Part shown: one piece after another, positions 34,203 to 45,390 of the stretch
Position numbering within the stretch: the stretch's first letter is position 1
Layout of the letters: each line of letters starts with the position of its first letter
Virus record (IMG/VR): IMGVR_UViG_3300011335_000209
Coordinates: 1 to 51,469 of that record
Length of the DNA: 51,469 nt
Reading direction: 5' to 3' (one strand)
From: a virus
Taxonomy: Duplodnaviria > Caudoviricetes
The notes under the pieces: generated by a model
Told to the model about the DNA's origin: nothing
The model's input: only the letters and a program-made list of their open reading frames with translations
The model's database searches: none
Made by a program: the position numbers and the translations under genes

Positions 34203-36233
34203 CTACTTTGTTTTGTTGCGGTTTTTCAATGCTTCTTCAATATCTGGGCCTTGAATTGGACTTTCCTCACGATCTTGCAAAGCCCTCTCAATGTCGGTGG
34301 TAGGTGACATGATGTCAAACGCTGTAGGTGCTGGTGCTGGTGCTGGATAGATTGCAGCACTTGTACCAGTAACAGCACCTGCCTCCCCTAGCGTAGCCCG
34401 GAACTGTTTAGGTGCTTGCTTGGCTGCATAGTTCTCAATCATTTGCACAGCGGCAGCAACTTCGTTGGGCTCTTTGGCCATCAGCATCTCGGCTAGTTTT
34501 TCAGCACGTGCTTTAGACATCTGCGCAGACCTGATCGCGCCCATGACCATACTGCTCAATGCCCCGCTGAAGTTGCCTGTGGCTGCTTTTGCTGCACTTT
34601 CAATCATTCCGGTGTCTTCGTCTAAAGACCTACCAAGTTCTTGACGCCTGGCGGTTGACGAATTGCCAAGAATTTTGTTTGATTCTCCAAACAGTTGCGA
34701 CTCACGCATTAACGCAGCTTTATACAGCTCAAAATCGGCTGGATTGTCAAACAGCGTTGCCAACTTCTTTTGCATGTCTGGGGAACCAATAACCCGCTGA
34801 GCCGTATTTGGATTGTTGGACGGCACCATGATGGTGTCATAGATGCTGCGTGCAACGCCGGTTCGAAAGGCATCCTTCTCACCAGACCCCATTGCGTCAA
34901 CCATCTTCTTGATTTGCTCATGGTCAAGACTCTTAAACTCATCTTTGCCCATACGCAGCGCATCCAAAATCTCTAAGTCGCCAGCATAAGTTTTTCGAGC
35001 AAGTTTGTAGTCCGGCACATTTTCATCGATTGCGTTTACAAACTGTTTGCGCAGATCTCTGAGCGCTGAGGCTTCTGCAGTGCTCATGCCTTGGCCACGG
35101 AATCCAGAATCAATCGTGGCATCAATACCGCGCTTGATGTAGTCCAGTGTTCGTACATCTGGCAGCTTGACTAGATCCAAAATCTCGGTGCCGTTGGCAT
35201 CAAACCGGCCAGATGGTTTATAAATCTCAGGCAGTGCAAACTTCAAAGGATCTTCACCCTTGAGCTTTGCTGTCTGGGCCTCTGTGTCAGCTATGGACCG
35301 AGCCTTGTCAAAAAATGCTTTAAATTGTGGGTTTTTAAGCACCTCAACAATCCTAGGGTCATCAACGTCTCCATGAGCGTATGCCTTTTCGTACAAGCCT
35401 TTTGCGTTATTTCTGAGTTGTGCAGTCAAACTGTCTTCCATGTTGTAATATTCGACCGGCTTTAGCGCTGCTTTTGTTTGTGCCTGAATTCGTTCGCGTG
35501 CGCCAAGTTTTTGGGTTGTTAGTGCGTTTTCAATTGCATTACTACCTGCACCAGCCCGTTGAGCCACCGCTTCAGCCAGATCTCTAAGAGCAGGGTTTGC
35601 ATTGGCCATGACCGACGGGACACCCATTGCCCTATCTTGTGCCATTTTTGCAGCAACATCTTGAGGATTAACCTTGGCTTGACGCATAGCCTCATTCATC
35701 TTTTCTAACGCCCGGTCTTGCACAACTTTGGGGGTTGAGAAAAGACGCTCTTGCAGCCACTTAAGAGCACCACCAGTACCGCGTAGGGCTAAAGGTAGAC
35801 CAACACCTAGCCCACCGCCAATTAATGCCCCACCGCCTGCACCGCTTGCACGGTTGCCCTCGGTTGCTGAGCCAGCGCCTGATATGGCTCCACTTGCTGC
35901 ACCTAGTGCGCCTAGTCGTGCTAAGCCTGCCGGTTGCATGCCCGGAATCATCATCATAGCTACACCAGGGGCAGCGCCGCCAACAAACTCAGACACGCCC
36001 TGGGTAAAGGGGTACTTCTTGGCGTACTGGCCATACTCCTCCCGTATTTGTGGCAACAAAGTCTCGTAAGATTCACTGCCCAACTTTGACCGCAACCAAG
36101 CCTCAGCCTCGTCGCCCCAACCCATGCCTAAACCTTGACCCAACACTGCACGAGCAGTGTTGAGATAGGGGTCAACCGGCCTGCGCCCAGTCACCAAATC
36201 AGACAGGGTCAGATTTGAAACTTTATCACCCAT
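34203..36233 (-). CDS. Internal virion / DNA ejection protein (putative)
   Basis: 676 aa; GQGLGMGWGDE, Gly/Ala-rich membrane-like segment, helical body, GNSSTARR. Confidence 0.65.
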   Translation of the reverse strand: MGDKVSNLTLSDLVTGRRPVDPYLNTARAVLGQGLGMGWGDEAEAWLRSKLGSESYETLLPQIREEYGQYAKKYPFTQGVSEFVGGAAPGVAMMMIPGMQPAGLARLGALGAASGAISGAGSATEGNRASGAGGGALIGGGLGVGLPLALRGTGGALKWLQERLFSTPKVVQDRALEKMNEAMRQAKVNPQDVAAKMAQDRAMGVPSVMANANPALRDLAEAVAQRAGAGSNAIENALTTQKLGARERIQAQTKAALKPVEYYNMEDSLTAQLRNNAKGLYEKAYAHGDVDDPRIVEVLKNPQFKAFFDKARSIADTEAQTAKLKGEDPLKFALPEIYKPSGRFDANGTEILDLVKLPDVRTLDYIKRGIDATIDSGFRGQGMSTAEASALRDLRKQFVNAIDENVPDYKLARKTYAGDLEILDALRMGKDEFKSLDHEQIKKMVDAMGSGEKDAFRTGVARSIYDTIMVPSNNPNTAQRVIGSPDMQKKLATLFDNPADFELYKAALMRESQLFGESNKILGNSSTARRQELGRSLDEDTGMIESAAKAATGNFSGALSSMVMGAIRSAQMSKARAEKLAEMLMAKEPNEVAAAVQMIENYAAKQAPKQFRATLGEAGAVTGTSAAIYPAPAPAPTAFDIMSPTTDIERALQDREESPIQGPDIEEALKNRNKTK

Positions 36234-39200
36234 TATTCAGTCTCCTGTGCAATTTCTGGGGTCGTAGTACGATAGACCCCTGAAACAATGTCTTTGAGTC
36301 TAGCTTTATGCCTAGCTTGTGTAATCTTTAAAGCATCGTAAGCATTAAGCATGATCAGCTTTCTTTCTTCTATGCTCTTGCTTTCCAATCCCTCAAGACT
36401 CAACAAAATTTTACGCTCGCCTTCGGTTGGATTGCCGCCGAATGATGCCCTTAATTTCTCAATAGCACCTTTGCTTAGCAAGTTTTCAAGTTCACGAGTT
36501 GCAAGGACTTTTGGATCTTTACTGCCTGCAACCTCAAGAATTTTGCGTTGTGCGGTGTCAATAGCTGATGTGTCAAAAGTGTTTGGATTAAGCGCATAAG
36601 CACGCTGCAAGTTTTTAAGTGCTTGTTCTGTGCTTGCAACCAAATCTTCAGTTTCTGTTTTAAGTTTCAACTCAGGCGGGGACAGTTTGGTAGCATCTGC
36701 TCTTGTCTTAGCTTGAGCTGCGTCAAACTTTTCTCTTGCCAGTTTTGTAGCCTCATCGCCCCTACTAATTGCTGCTAAGCTTGCTTGAGCAGCCGCAGCA
36801 GAAGCATCAACGCTGGCGGTCAGCCTCTTAAACTGTTCGTCAGAGATTGCTGTTACGCGAGCTTGATATTTTGGAGTGCCTGGAATCAACCCTTCGTCTT
36901 GTGCTTGTTTTCCTGCAGCTGATTGGGCTTCGCCAGATCTAAAATATTCCTTAATCAACTCACGTCCATACGCTGCTTTCTCTTTCATCTCTTCGCTGGT
37001 CAATGCTCGCAATGCCGCGACATCTTCTTTTGCTGCAGTCATACCAGCTTTAGCACCTTCTAAACCAAGTTGCAGTCTAAGCGCTTGACCAGCTTTGCCT
37101 GCCAACCTCGTCTCTTTAGCTTGGTCAGCCAGGCTCTTGTTGACCTCGGCCAGACTCTCAAAAAAGTTACCTGTCTTTGTAGGTGCACCAAATGCAGCGG
37201 CAAGCCTAAAGTACATCTCAGCGTTTGACGGTTTATTGTCGTCTTGGCCTTTGATTGCGTTTTCCAACATTTTGTTAAAAGCTGCAGTTTGTGCTGTTGC
37301 AGCAGTCCTAGCAGCACGCAATTCGTTCGCATAGGGTGATGCTTGGGATTGGTTGGCCAGCAGCATCTTTTGCAACATAGCCATATTTGGGCTCATTGGG
37401 ATTGTGGTGTCATCGGGTTTAGCCATAGACAACCGACTTGCCGAGTCATCAGCATACTCAGGTTGGATGTTAACAGTAGGAATTGAATTCTGTGAAATCA
37501 AAGCCATCCGATCTGCACCGGGATCAATGCTACCTGTTGCAAATGTAGGGGTAAATCCTGGCGTTGTGTATTTTGCCGCTAAGTCTAATAATTTTCGATC
37601 CACCGCAGGGGGCGTAGCTCTGGCCGCCACAGGGGGCGAATAACCCGGGCCAGTAGCAACCTCATCACTTTCACCAAAGAGTCTGGGGTCCATAGGACTG
37701 TAACCTTGACCTGTAGAAACTTCATTGCTCTCGCCAAAAAGCCTGGGGTCTAGTGGTCTGACCAGTGGGGTACTTTCTGTTGCCTGGGGAGGTTTGGCAA
37801 CTACTTCCTTTAACGCAGTTAATGGGGATGCATTAATAATAGCTTGCTTGATCTGTGCAGGTGTAAGTGGCACCGACTCCGGCATTGGTTCAATCAGGCC
37901 CATGCTAGGTGGCATTTTGGCCGTAACATCTTGAATAGGCTCCTCATCCAACAGTCTATAAATTTCTGCAACCCTGCTCATAGCATCGTCACGCTCATAC
38001 TCTGTTAATTTTCCACCCTCTAATGCCTTAATCAACTGCTCTGCTTCAGCCATTTTTGACATAACATCCCCGCCAGCCTGATAGTGCCGAACCGCACCAC
38101 CTTGTGCGTAACTGCCTATGTAGCCGCCTTTGGCTTGATAGCCACCACCTGTTGCACCGCCACCAGCCCTTGCGCCGCCACCGCCATCGCCTCCGCCACC
38201 CCTTGCGCTACCAGAATCCATTGAACGAGGATCACCAACAAAACCCGCGATTGTTGCCGAATTTGCATCCCGCATTGCTTGTGCTGCTGCGGCTGCATCT
38301 CTTGCAGTAACGCCGGGACTAACTACACCCTCGATTGGAATAGTGCTTTCTTTGCCAAAATTTCTATGGCCCGAATAAGCTTCGGAGCCTTTTGCAATTG
38401 CTTGCTGTTCCCGCACAAAATCTGGCACTAAGGCTTTTTGCAGCGCTCCAAGACTTGTAAGCCCCAATATATTTAGACCCGCTTGTGTAATTGCACTAAA
38501 TGTTGGATTGGCACTATAAAACGCAGCTTTGTCTGCATTTGACATAGCGTCCCAGCCGGGATTTGAACTGAGGCCATCATTCCCACGCCCACTGTTATCA
38601 ACAGGCAAAACATACGGCGTAGTAGTTGCCGCAGTTTGCAAGACCGGCGACGCTGTAGGTGTGCTGTAGGTAGGCTGATTCAGGATGGCCCTCTGATTTC
38701 TTTGGAACTGCGGCGCACTGTACATAGACATAGTAGCCGGTTGATAAGGCTTTTCACTAATCTTTCTATAAATTTCTGCAATTTTACTCAAAGCCTCTTC
38801 GCGCTCGTACCCAGTTAATTTTCCACCCTCTAATGCCTTAATCAATTGTTCTGCTTCGGCCATGCTTGACATAACATCCCCGCCAACTTGATAGTGCCGA
38901 ATTGCACCACCTTGTGCGTAACCGCGTTTAGCCTTTATGGCAGCATCCCTGGCAGCATTAGCGGTTTGCTCTTCAGTCGTCATCCCCTTGAAAATGTCCA
39001 ACTCATCAGATTCAACCGTGTCCCCAAAGCGGTTATAGAAGTATTCTAAGCCAGAGGCATCAGGCACCCTGCCCAACACTTGCTGGTACATGTCTCGAAT
39101 GCCTATATTTTGGAGTGCGTTGGTTGGCGCTGCTGCTTTAAGTTCTGGTTGAGCCGCTACGCTAAAGGTTGACAGCTCAACAGGATTAACGCTTGTTCCA

Positions 39201-40012
39201 AACGAAGACTGCCAGTAGTTAATTTCTGCAGCACTTGGTGTGCGGCCTAAGACTCGCTGATACGCCTGTGCAATGGACATATCAGTTGTACCTATGGGTG
39301 TTGGCGTAGGTGTTGGCGTAGGTGTTGGAGTAGGTGTTGGCGTAGGTGTTGGAGTAGGTGTTGGAGTAGGTGTTGGTGTAGGTATCAGCGTAGGTGTTGG
39401 TGTAGGCTTAGGTGTTGGTGTAGGTATCAGCGTAGGTGTTGGTGTAGGCTTAGGTGTTGGTGTAGGTATCAGCGTAGGTGTTGGTGTAGGTGTGCCAATT
39501 AAACCCGTTAGGACTGGTAAAACTGGTAAACCTGTGGCAGACAGATTATTTACAGGTCGGCTACCTATCTCCCCTGCCGCAGACCGCCTAAACTCAGCGT
39601 ACTCTTCTGGAGAAACCATATCCCCAAACTTACCTTTCCAATACGTCAGGCCTGAGGGGTCAGGCGCTCGCCCCAGCACATCGTAGTACATTTGTGAGTA
39701 TTGATCTATTGCGCTACCGGTGCCTGGGCTGCTCACGGCTCCTCTTTGATACTGAGGAGCATCGTACAAAGACGTATTAGCCAAACGATTCTTGTATTCG
39801 TCCGAGTAAGTTTTGTACAGGGCTTGATTTGAGTTGTACAAAGGCATATCTGCGTTGTACTTGTTTAGCAAAGCATCATAGTTTGCCTTGTCTATTGCGC
39901 TAGCTCCGGCGGCCAGATCAGTTGGCTTCGTCGGCATTGACATGCCGGAATAGGACAAAGTTGGTGTGCTAACACCAAACTGCTGCATCAATCGATCAAG
40001 TTCATAGCCCAT
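36233..40012 (-). CDS. Large internal virion / ejection protein with DUF4214-like repeats, Pro-Thr linker and duplicated module
   Basis: 1259 aa; three Y..VLGR.P...G..YW-type repeats, (PT)n, two YAQGGA.RHYQ.GG modules, helical C-terminus. Confidence 0.6.
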   Translation of the reverse strand: MGYELDRLMQQFGVSTPTLSYSGMSMPTKPTDLAAGASAIDKANYDALLNKYNADMPLYNSNQALYKTYSDEYKNRLANTSLYDAPQYQRGAVSSPGTGSAIDQYSQMYYDVLGRAPDPSGLTYWKGKFGDMVSPEEYAEFRRSAAGEIGSRPVNNLSATGLPVLPVLTGLIGTPTPTPTLIPTPTPKPTPTPTLIPTPTPKPTPTPTLIPTPTPTPTPTPTPTPTPTPTPTPTPTPTPIGTTDMSIAQAYQRVLGRTPSAAEINYWQSSFGTSVNPVELSTFSVAAQPELKAAAPTNALQNIGIRDMYQQVLGRVPDASGLEYFYNRFGDTVESDELDIFKGMTTEEQTANAARDAAIKAKRGYAQGGAIRHYQVGGDVMSSMAEAEQLIKALEGGKLTGYEREEALSKIAEIYRKISEKPYQPATMSMYSAPQFQRNQRAILNQPTYSTPTASPVLQTAATTTPYVLPVDNSGRGNDGLSSNPGWDAMSNADKAAFYSANPTFSAITQAGLNILGLTSLGALQKALVPDFVREQQAIAKGSEAYSGHRNFGKESTIPIEGVVSPGVTARDAAAAAQAMRDANSATIAGFVGDPRSMDSGSARGGGGDGGGGARAGGGATGGGYQAKGGYIGSYAQGGAVRHYQAGGDVMSKMAEAEQLIKALEGGKLTEYERDDAMSRVAEIYRLLDEEPIQDVTAKMPPSMGLIEPMPESVPLTPAQIKQAIINASPLTALKEVVAKPPQATESTPLVRPLDPRLFGESNEVSTGQGYSPMDPRLFGESDEVATGPGYSPPVAARATPPAVDRKLLDLAAKYTTPGFTPTFATGSIDPGADRMALISQNSIPTVNIQPEYADDSASRLSMAKPDDTTIPMSPNMAMLQKMLLANQSQASPYANELRAARTAATAQTAAFNKMLENAIKGQDDNKPSNAEMYFRLAAAFGAPTKTGNFFESLAEVNKSLADQAKETRLAGKAGQALRLQLGLEGAKAGMTAAKEDVAALRALTSEEMKEKAAYGRELIKEYFRSGEAQSAAGKQAQDEGLIPGTPKYQARVTAISDEQFKRLTASVDASAAAAQASLAAISRGDEATKLAREKFDAAQAKTRADATKLSPPELKLKTETEDLVASTEQALKNLQRAYALNPNTFDTSAIDTAQRKILEVAGSKDPKVLATRELENLLSKGAIEKLRASFGGNPTEGERKILLSLEGLESKSIEERKLIMLNAYDALKITQARHKARLKDIVSGVYRTTTPEIAQETE
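37955..38922. repeat. Imperfect direct repeat of about 158 bp (37955-38112 and 38765-38922)
   Basis: Colinear copies 810 bp apart, e.g. gttaattttccaccctctaatgccttaatcaa in both. Confidence 0.9.
39297..39493. repeat. Coding tandem repeat (12-bp units, Pro-Thr)
   Basis: (GTAGGTGTTGGN)n with a higher-order [14 protein letters not shown] unit. Confidence 0.95.
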
Positions 40013-40021
40013 AATTTAACC

Positions 40022-41767
40022 TCAAGGTGTTGGTTGACCCAGCGCGTTCAGACCTTTATACGCGTACAGTCCGGTTGCCAGTTGTGACAATGGCGAAGCG
40101 GAAAACGTAGTTGTAGCGCCGCTTGTGTTTGTTGTTTGCGGTGTGATAGGTGCCATGCCCCGGATTTGCGTGCTGAGAAAGTCGGCTTGCTGTTTGGGAT
40201 ACATCTGCTGTTGCTGGAACTGCTGATACGCAGCGCTGAGTTGAGCTTGATTTTGCGCTTGCTGAGATGCTCCTGCAGCTTCTAGGCTTGCTGCATCCGC
40301 TGTCTGCATGCCCTGCCTTTGTTGCGCCATGCTGGCCATCTGGTTCAACGCCGACATTTGTCGTGCGGCGTCAGTTGATGCCAGCTGCCCAGCAGTTGCG
40401 CCAAGCGTGCCGTATTGGCCGGCAGCGCTAAGTCCTTGCGAGATAGCTTGCTGCTGGGCACCAGACAAGGCTTGACCACCGGAAAGCAGCATCTGTTGCT
40501 GAGCTTGGGTCAAGTTGCCAATGTTCTGACCAATGTTGCTGATTTGTCCAGATGCTTGCAACTTCCTTGCGGCGTCTTGAGCCTCTGCTCCTTGAATTGA
40601 TTGAGCAGCATTGAGTCCAAACTGCTGCTGAGCTTGTCCTGCCGCTGTTTGCGCTTGACCAACATTGGTAAGATTTTGCATCTGGCCAGAAGTAATCTGA
40701 GCAGCCATTTGCCCTAAGTTGCCGTACTGAGCCCCACTTTGAAGCAGGCGAGAAAGGTCTGCACCGTAAATGCTACCCATAGTGCTTGCCAATTGCACTT
40801 GCCGTGCAAGATCTGCTTGAGAAGCACCAAGAGCTTGCCCGTAACCCTGGTTGGCGAGTTGAGCCTGTTGATTGAGTATGGACTCTTGCGTGTCGCGCAA
40901 TGCTCGTGAGCCAAACTCGCCCATGCGGTTACCACCAAACTGGCCTGCACGAATAAATTGATCTGACACAGCGGGCAGCAGGTTCTCACTCAAGTTTCTT
41001 GCACCTTGCTTGGCAATTACATCCATGACTCCTGTTTGATAAGGAGACATGTACTTATCAATGTCTGTGTATGACGTTTTACCTGCGGCTTCTAGGTAAG
41101 GCTTAGTTTTTGTATATGCTTTTTCAGCTATCCCGGCTGCGGTTTGAGTATCAGCATTAACTAGATACGGATCGGCTACATTAACTGGATCTAAACCGCC
41201 TGCTTTGATATAAAGATCTTGGCCATATTTTGACGCATCATCTGCAAGTTTCTCATCTAGATATTTGGTTTGCGCAGTACCTAATTTGGTTGCGGTGTTT
41301 ATATTCCCTGCGTCGCCCGCTTTCGTATAAGCATCTTTCATGTAGGGCCGAGCTGCGGTTAAACCACTCATGTTGGTGGCTTTGATCACAGCCGTATTCA
41401 GCGTGTCGTAAGGGTCGTTAAGGTTGCCTTGCAATTTATTCAACAGTCTGGCTTGGGCAGTTAGTCCAGGTTGACCTGCTGTGTAGCTAGCGTTTGACCC
41501 AGACATGTTTTGCATGCCGGTTTGTGCCGCTGCAAGTTGTGGCGACCACGAGCCCTGGTTTGCCTGAATGTTTGTATAAGCCTGTTGTTGCAGAGGAGAG
41601 AGTTCAGCAACAGAAGGCAAACTGTAGGGTTGGTACGGCGTGTTTGCAAGATTTTGCGCCAGCTGAATCTGGTTGTAGATTGCATCTTGCATCCATTTTG
41701 GCGTCTCAGTCGTTGAGGTTGCATACGATGGGGCGCTTTGCGGAGACCCAGTAAATAGACTGCCCAT
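40022..41767 (-). CDS. Gln/Ala-rich internal virion (pilot/ejection) protein
   Basis: TETPKW, LSPLQQQAY, YMSPY, AGQFGGNR motifs; low-complexity helical. Confidence 0.65.
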   Translation of the reverse strand: MGSLFTGSPQSAPSYATSTTETPKWMQDAIYNQIQLAQNLANTPYQPYSLPSVAELSPLQQQAYTNIQANQGSWSPQLAAAQTGMQNMSGSNASYTAGQPGLTAQARLLNKLQGNLNDPYDTLNTAVIKATNMSGLTAARPYMKDAYTKAGDAGNINTATKLGTAQTKYLDEKLADDASKYGQDLYIKAGGLDPVNVADPYLVNADTQTAAGIAEKAYTKTKPYLEAAGKTSYTDIDKYMSPYQTGVMDVIAKQGARNLSENLLPAVSDQFIRAGQFGGNRMGEFGSRALRDTQESILNQQAQLANQGYGQALGASQADLARQVQLASTMGSIYGADLSRLLQSGAQYGNLGQMAAQITSGQMQNLTNVGQAQTAAGQAQQQFGLNAAQSIQGAEAQDAARKLQASGQISNIGQNIGNLTQAQQQMLLSGGQALSGAQQQAISQGLSAAGQYGTLGATAGQLASTDAARQMSALNQMASMAQQRQGMQTADAASLEAAGASQQAQNQAQLSAAYQQFQQQQMYPKQQADFLSTQIRGMAPITPQTTNTSGATTTFSASPLSQLATGLYAYKGLNALGQPTP

Positions 41768-41768
41768 A

Positions 41769-43319
41769 TTATGCACCTCTCAAATAAGACAATGGGGACC
41801 TGGCGTCAGAACTAATCTTACCTACCGCCAATGCCTTGCCCTTGTGTTTCCGAATTTCTTGACGCATTTGATCCAGCTTTTGTGCCCCGGCTTTGCTGGA
41901 TCCATCTCCGAGAAGAGCCACTGTTTCTGCGTCAATCACATACTCGCCATCACTTAGCCTTGCATCAATTGTGTCATCACGGCCAGAGCCACTACCTCGC
42001 GCCATGTACGCAATTTGAGACAGTGGACCGCCCCTAGCCTTAGCAACAACTGGCAGATTGTAAGCACCTGAGGTAATTTGTGGCCAACTTTGCGCCATGA
42101 ACTGGCTCAAACTCATGTTAGACCTTGCTGCATCTTGCTGCATCTTTGGCCAGTCCCATTTAATTGATGGGCGGTTAAAATATTCCTGCTGCTCAGGCGA
42201 CATAGACTTGACAGCTGTTTGAGCTTCAGTGGGTGCAGAAAGCAATCCAGCAAGTGGTAGCAAGGCCGCTGCCGTACTAAGATTAAATCCTGACTTAACG
42301 TCTGGTTTAGCCGCAGAGGTACTTAGATTATCAACCGCAGCTTGCGACGGTTTGAGCATGCCCGCAGCTAGACCTGACAATGCACCCCCGGCCAAAGCTG
42401 TCTGCGGGTCATAGCCAGCAACCATTGCATTTTTGAAAGTCTCACTGCCTGCAGCTAAGCCGGTACCGAGTGCTCCTGAGCCACCCATGCCGCCTACTTT
42501 GTTCCCAATGTAGCTGCCTAAAGCTCCTTGAACTGCACCTTCTAGCGGCCCGCGACCTGTAGCCATACCACCTAAAGCGCCGACAAGACCGCTGCCTAGC
42601 AGCCCCTGTGTGGCCGCACTTGCATCTGGTGCAAACATTTGTCCAAGGTTGCCGCCTAAGCCGCCGCCCATGCCACCCATGATTGCGCCTTGTAACGGGT
42701 TGCCGCCAGTTATGGCTGATGTGCCGGCTCCAATCAACGCGCCGCCCAAAGCCGGAGCCCAGGTTGCAGAGGCACCTAGTGCCGTACCTAACGTAGTACC
42801 TATGCCTGGAGCAATAAAGTCCAAAGCAATTGGCAAAGCCACTTTCCACAGGTCGCTAAAACTAAAATACTCAGGCAAGCCTGTGCTTGGGTTGATTGTC
42901 CCACTGCCGCCGGCTTGCTTCAACATCCGAGCTTCACGTGGGTTAATGTGCGCAAGCATTGTGTCGCCGCTGCGCCCAGCCATGCGCATTTGTCGTGCAG
43001 CAGCTGCTAAACCGCCTCTGGCCATTTTTTGAGTAGACCGTTCTTGCAAGCCATATAGCAAAACTAAAACCGAGATTAGTACAACCGGGTTAAATTGTTC
43101 AGGCAAGTCTTCGGCCGGGGCCAAACCGTCTTTAACAATTGCGTCTCTAATTTTTGGATATTGGTTTGGATTGTTTAGAGCAAACTCAAGCATCTTGACC
43201 AGCTCAGCAAGTTGCTCCGGCGCAATGTCCGTGTCACCCATTTTTTGCTCAACAGTCAATACTGCTTGCGCAAAGCGTGGGTCTTTTTTGGCTATCTCTA
43301 GAATTTCTTGCTTATTCAT
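41769..43319 (-). CDS. Gly-rich internal virion protein
   Basis: GRSGDTMLAHINP...TINPSTGLPEY; Gly-rich middle; GSGRDDTIDARLSDGEYVIDA; start moved to MNKQE. Confidence 0.65.
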   Translation of the reverse strand: MNKQEILEIAKKDPRFAQAVLTVEQKMGDTDIAPEQLAELVKMLEFALNNPNQYPKIRDAIVKDGLAPAEDLPEQFNPVVLISVLVLLYGLQERSTQKMARGGLAAAARQMRMAGRSGDTMLAHINPREARMLKQAGGSGTINPSTGLPEYFSFSDLWKVALPIALDFIAPGIGTTLGTALGASATWAPALGGALIGAGTSAITGGNPLQGAIMGGMGGGLGGNLGQMFAPDASAATQGLLGSGLVGALGGMATGRGPLEGAVQGALGSYIGNKVGGMGGSGALGTGLAAGSETFKNAMVAGYDPQTALAGGALSGLAAGMLKPSQAAVDNLSTSAAKPDVKSGFNLSTAAALLPLAGLLSAPTEAQTAVKSMSPEQQEYFNRPSIKWDWPKMQQDAARSNMSLSQFMAQSWPQITSGAYNLPVVAKARGGPLSQIAYMARGSGSGRDDTIDARLSDGEYVIDAETVALLGDGSSKAGAQKLDQMRQEIRKHKGKALAVGKISSDARSPLSYLRGA

Positions 43320-43327
43320 TTTTTGTC

Positions 43328-43558
43328 CTATGACAGACTCTGACAGAAACGTTCCGCCCATTCACGCCAATCTTTAAAGTCGTACGGCTTTGGAAAATTA
43401 TGGCCTAAAGAGGTGTTGTTCAGAAACTGCATGGCCCAGTCTTGCCAGTTGCCGTCCTTGTCCAACCTACCAAACGCACCATAGTTATCTAAATCAAGCG
43501 CAACCTGGTCGGCCCAATCATTAAGCTGCATGTACGACGGGCGCGTTATGGTTGTCAT
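43328..43558 (-). CDS. Small Trp-rich tail-module protein
   Basis: 76 aa; WQDWA...WREWA. Confidence 0.65.
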   Translation of the reverse strand: MTTITRPSYMQLNDWADQVALDLDNYGAFGRLDKDGNWQDWAMQFLNNTSLGHNFPKPYDFKDWREWAERFCQSLS

Positions 43559-45390
43559 TCCAACATCGTCCTGTCACCACTATCAATGTGGCCAATAATT
43601 TGGCCCATCTGGTAGTTGCCGCCTACAGCGTTAGACTCAAAACGCACCCGCAACTCTCGGCGCATTTCTTTCATCATCACGATTTGCTCGTAGGATTGCG
43701 TAGCCGTTTCTTCAAAAATCCACTGCTGACTAAGCACCTCAGGAGCCCTAGCGTTAGCCCGTCCGGTAACTTGCACGCTCATTGGTCCTGCCTGAATAAA
43801 GTCAGGCTCAATTACGGTAATTCGAAGTCGTGCATCATTGCCCTGAACAAGCGATGATAAATCAGCAGTCTCAAAATATGATTGCACTGGCGCTGAAGTG
43901 ATGCCGTCAATTTCGTCCGTGCCTTGCTCATGGATCCAGACCCGATAGCCGCTCGTTGCTGGCACAGCGTCTACAAGCAAAGGCGCAGCAAAAGCGTTGT
44001 TAAAGCCACCCGCACTGCGCCCTGACTCCGGCAGCGCTGTGTCGTACCAAGTCTGCTCACGCACGTTATAGATGACTGCATGGGTGCACTCTGTGGCGTC
44101 ATCACGCGGATAACACCACCAGATCTCGCCAAAATACGGCATCTTAAAAGCAAAAACCTTACTGCGCTGGTTGTCATTCAAATTGTTAAAGAACCAGTTC
44201 TGGTTGAGCGTGTTTGGAACATCCCGCACCACGCCGTTGAACATCAAGAATCGATCAACACCAGCCCAAAAGAACACGCCGTCATAGTCAACCACGCAAT
44301 CGGGTGACATGATTGATGTGTCCGTTGCTATCACATCAAACTGGAATATGGTAGCCCCGCCGGTAAATGTTGCGCGGATCACAGCGTCGTAAGCCCAGAA
44401 CAAACCGGCAGGTGCTGAGCCTGAGCCTGCCCTTAGCGGCATACCCTTGACAATCTTTTGGCCCCACACACGGGCAATGCCAGAACCGGAACCAGATAAA
44501 TCAGTAGGGCTTCCTGGCACAGACCAACCCACAATTCCAGCAGTGCCGTAGTAGAACAAGTAAGGATGTAGAGATACAATGCCACCAGTTACATTAGCCC
44601 CAGAAGGCAGCGGGATTTCAGTCAGCGTTGCCGTCGTTAAAACATCGCCGATAAAAATCTGGCCACCCGCATCATTGCACACGCACTGACCGTTGGGTGC
44701 GACGTGCGCAATGATTGAGTTGTCGGTTGTAGACGCGCTGTACATGTACTGAAACATCCACTTGTTGTACGTTGAACTCACTAAAGCCGCATTGCCACCA
44801 GTCATGTTGGTTGTTGATGCAGTAAGTGTGGTCAGCGTTACAGCCACTACAAAGCCATTCACAGAGGCGCTTGCCGTTGTTGCCGTGATAGTTACCGTGG
44901 TGCCAACAGCAACCGCGGTGTAGTCAGGTGACGACGTAAACGCCGTGATGTTTGCGGCAAGAGCTGTAGCTGTAACGGCCAAGCTAGTGCTATAGGCAAC
45001 AGCACCTGATGTAACTGTTACTCCGTTGATTGTTACTGTATTGATTGAGCCACCAGCGCCGGTCAACAAAGTAACCGTACCAGTTGCAAAGACAGCAACC
45101 GGGGCTCGGCTACTAATGATTGAACTGTTGCCGCTACTGTCAATCGTAAACCGCTCAAGAGTGCTTGTGCCACCAGAATGGCAGTACTGCAAACTCTGCT
45201 GCGTGAATGACGTAAAGCCCCTAGAAATTTCAGCTAAGTATTTGTTGATTGACCTGTAGCCACCAATCTTGCGGGGCAATCCACGCTGAAACCGCACCCA
45301 CTGGCCATCGGTGTAAAAATCGCCGTCAAATTTAGTCCCGTCCCGCTTTATTCCGGGCATAGACTTTAAGACTACGGTAGGTGCTGGCAT
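43555..45390 (-). CDS. Tail nozzle / tubular-B-like (packaged-DNA stabilisation) protein
   Basis: 611 aa; PGIKRDGT, WVRFQRGLPRKIGG, FGEIWWCYP, VIYNVREQTWY; beta-propeller-like. Confidence 0.65.
   Translation of the reverse strand: MPAPTVVLKSMPGIKRDGTKFDGDFYTDGQWVRFQRGLPRKIGGYRSINKYLAEISRGFTSFTQQSLQYCHSGGTSTLERFTIDSSGNSSIISSRAPVAVFATGTVTLLTGAGGSINTVTINGVTVTSGAVAYSTSLAVTATALAANITAFTSSPDYTAVAVGTTVTITATTASASVNGFVVAVTLTTLTASTTNMTGGNAALVSSTYNKWMFQYMYSASTTDNSIIAHVAPNGQCVCNDAGGQIFIGDVLTTATLTEIPLPSGANVTGGIVSLHPYLFYYGTAGIVGWSVPGSPTDLSGSGSGIARVWGQKIVKGMPLRAGSGSAPAGLFWAYDAVIRATFTGGATIFQFDVIATDTSIMSPDCVVDYDGVFFWAGVDRFLMFNGVVRDVPNTLNQNWFFNNLNDNQRSKVFAFKMPYFGEIWWCYPRDDATECTHAVIYNVREQTWYDTALPESGRSAGGFNNAFAAPLLVDAVPATSGYRVWIHEQGTDEIDGITSAPVQSYFETADLSSLVQGNDARLRITVIEPDFIQAGPMSVQVTGRANARAPEVLSQQWIFEETATQSYEQIVMMKEMRRELRVRFESNAVGGNYQMGQIIGHIDSGDRTMLE

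Noticed and set aside
39273-39686. Plus-strand (GV)n ORF
   Set aside because: Antisense shadow of the Pro-Thr repeat in the 1259-aa gene
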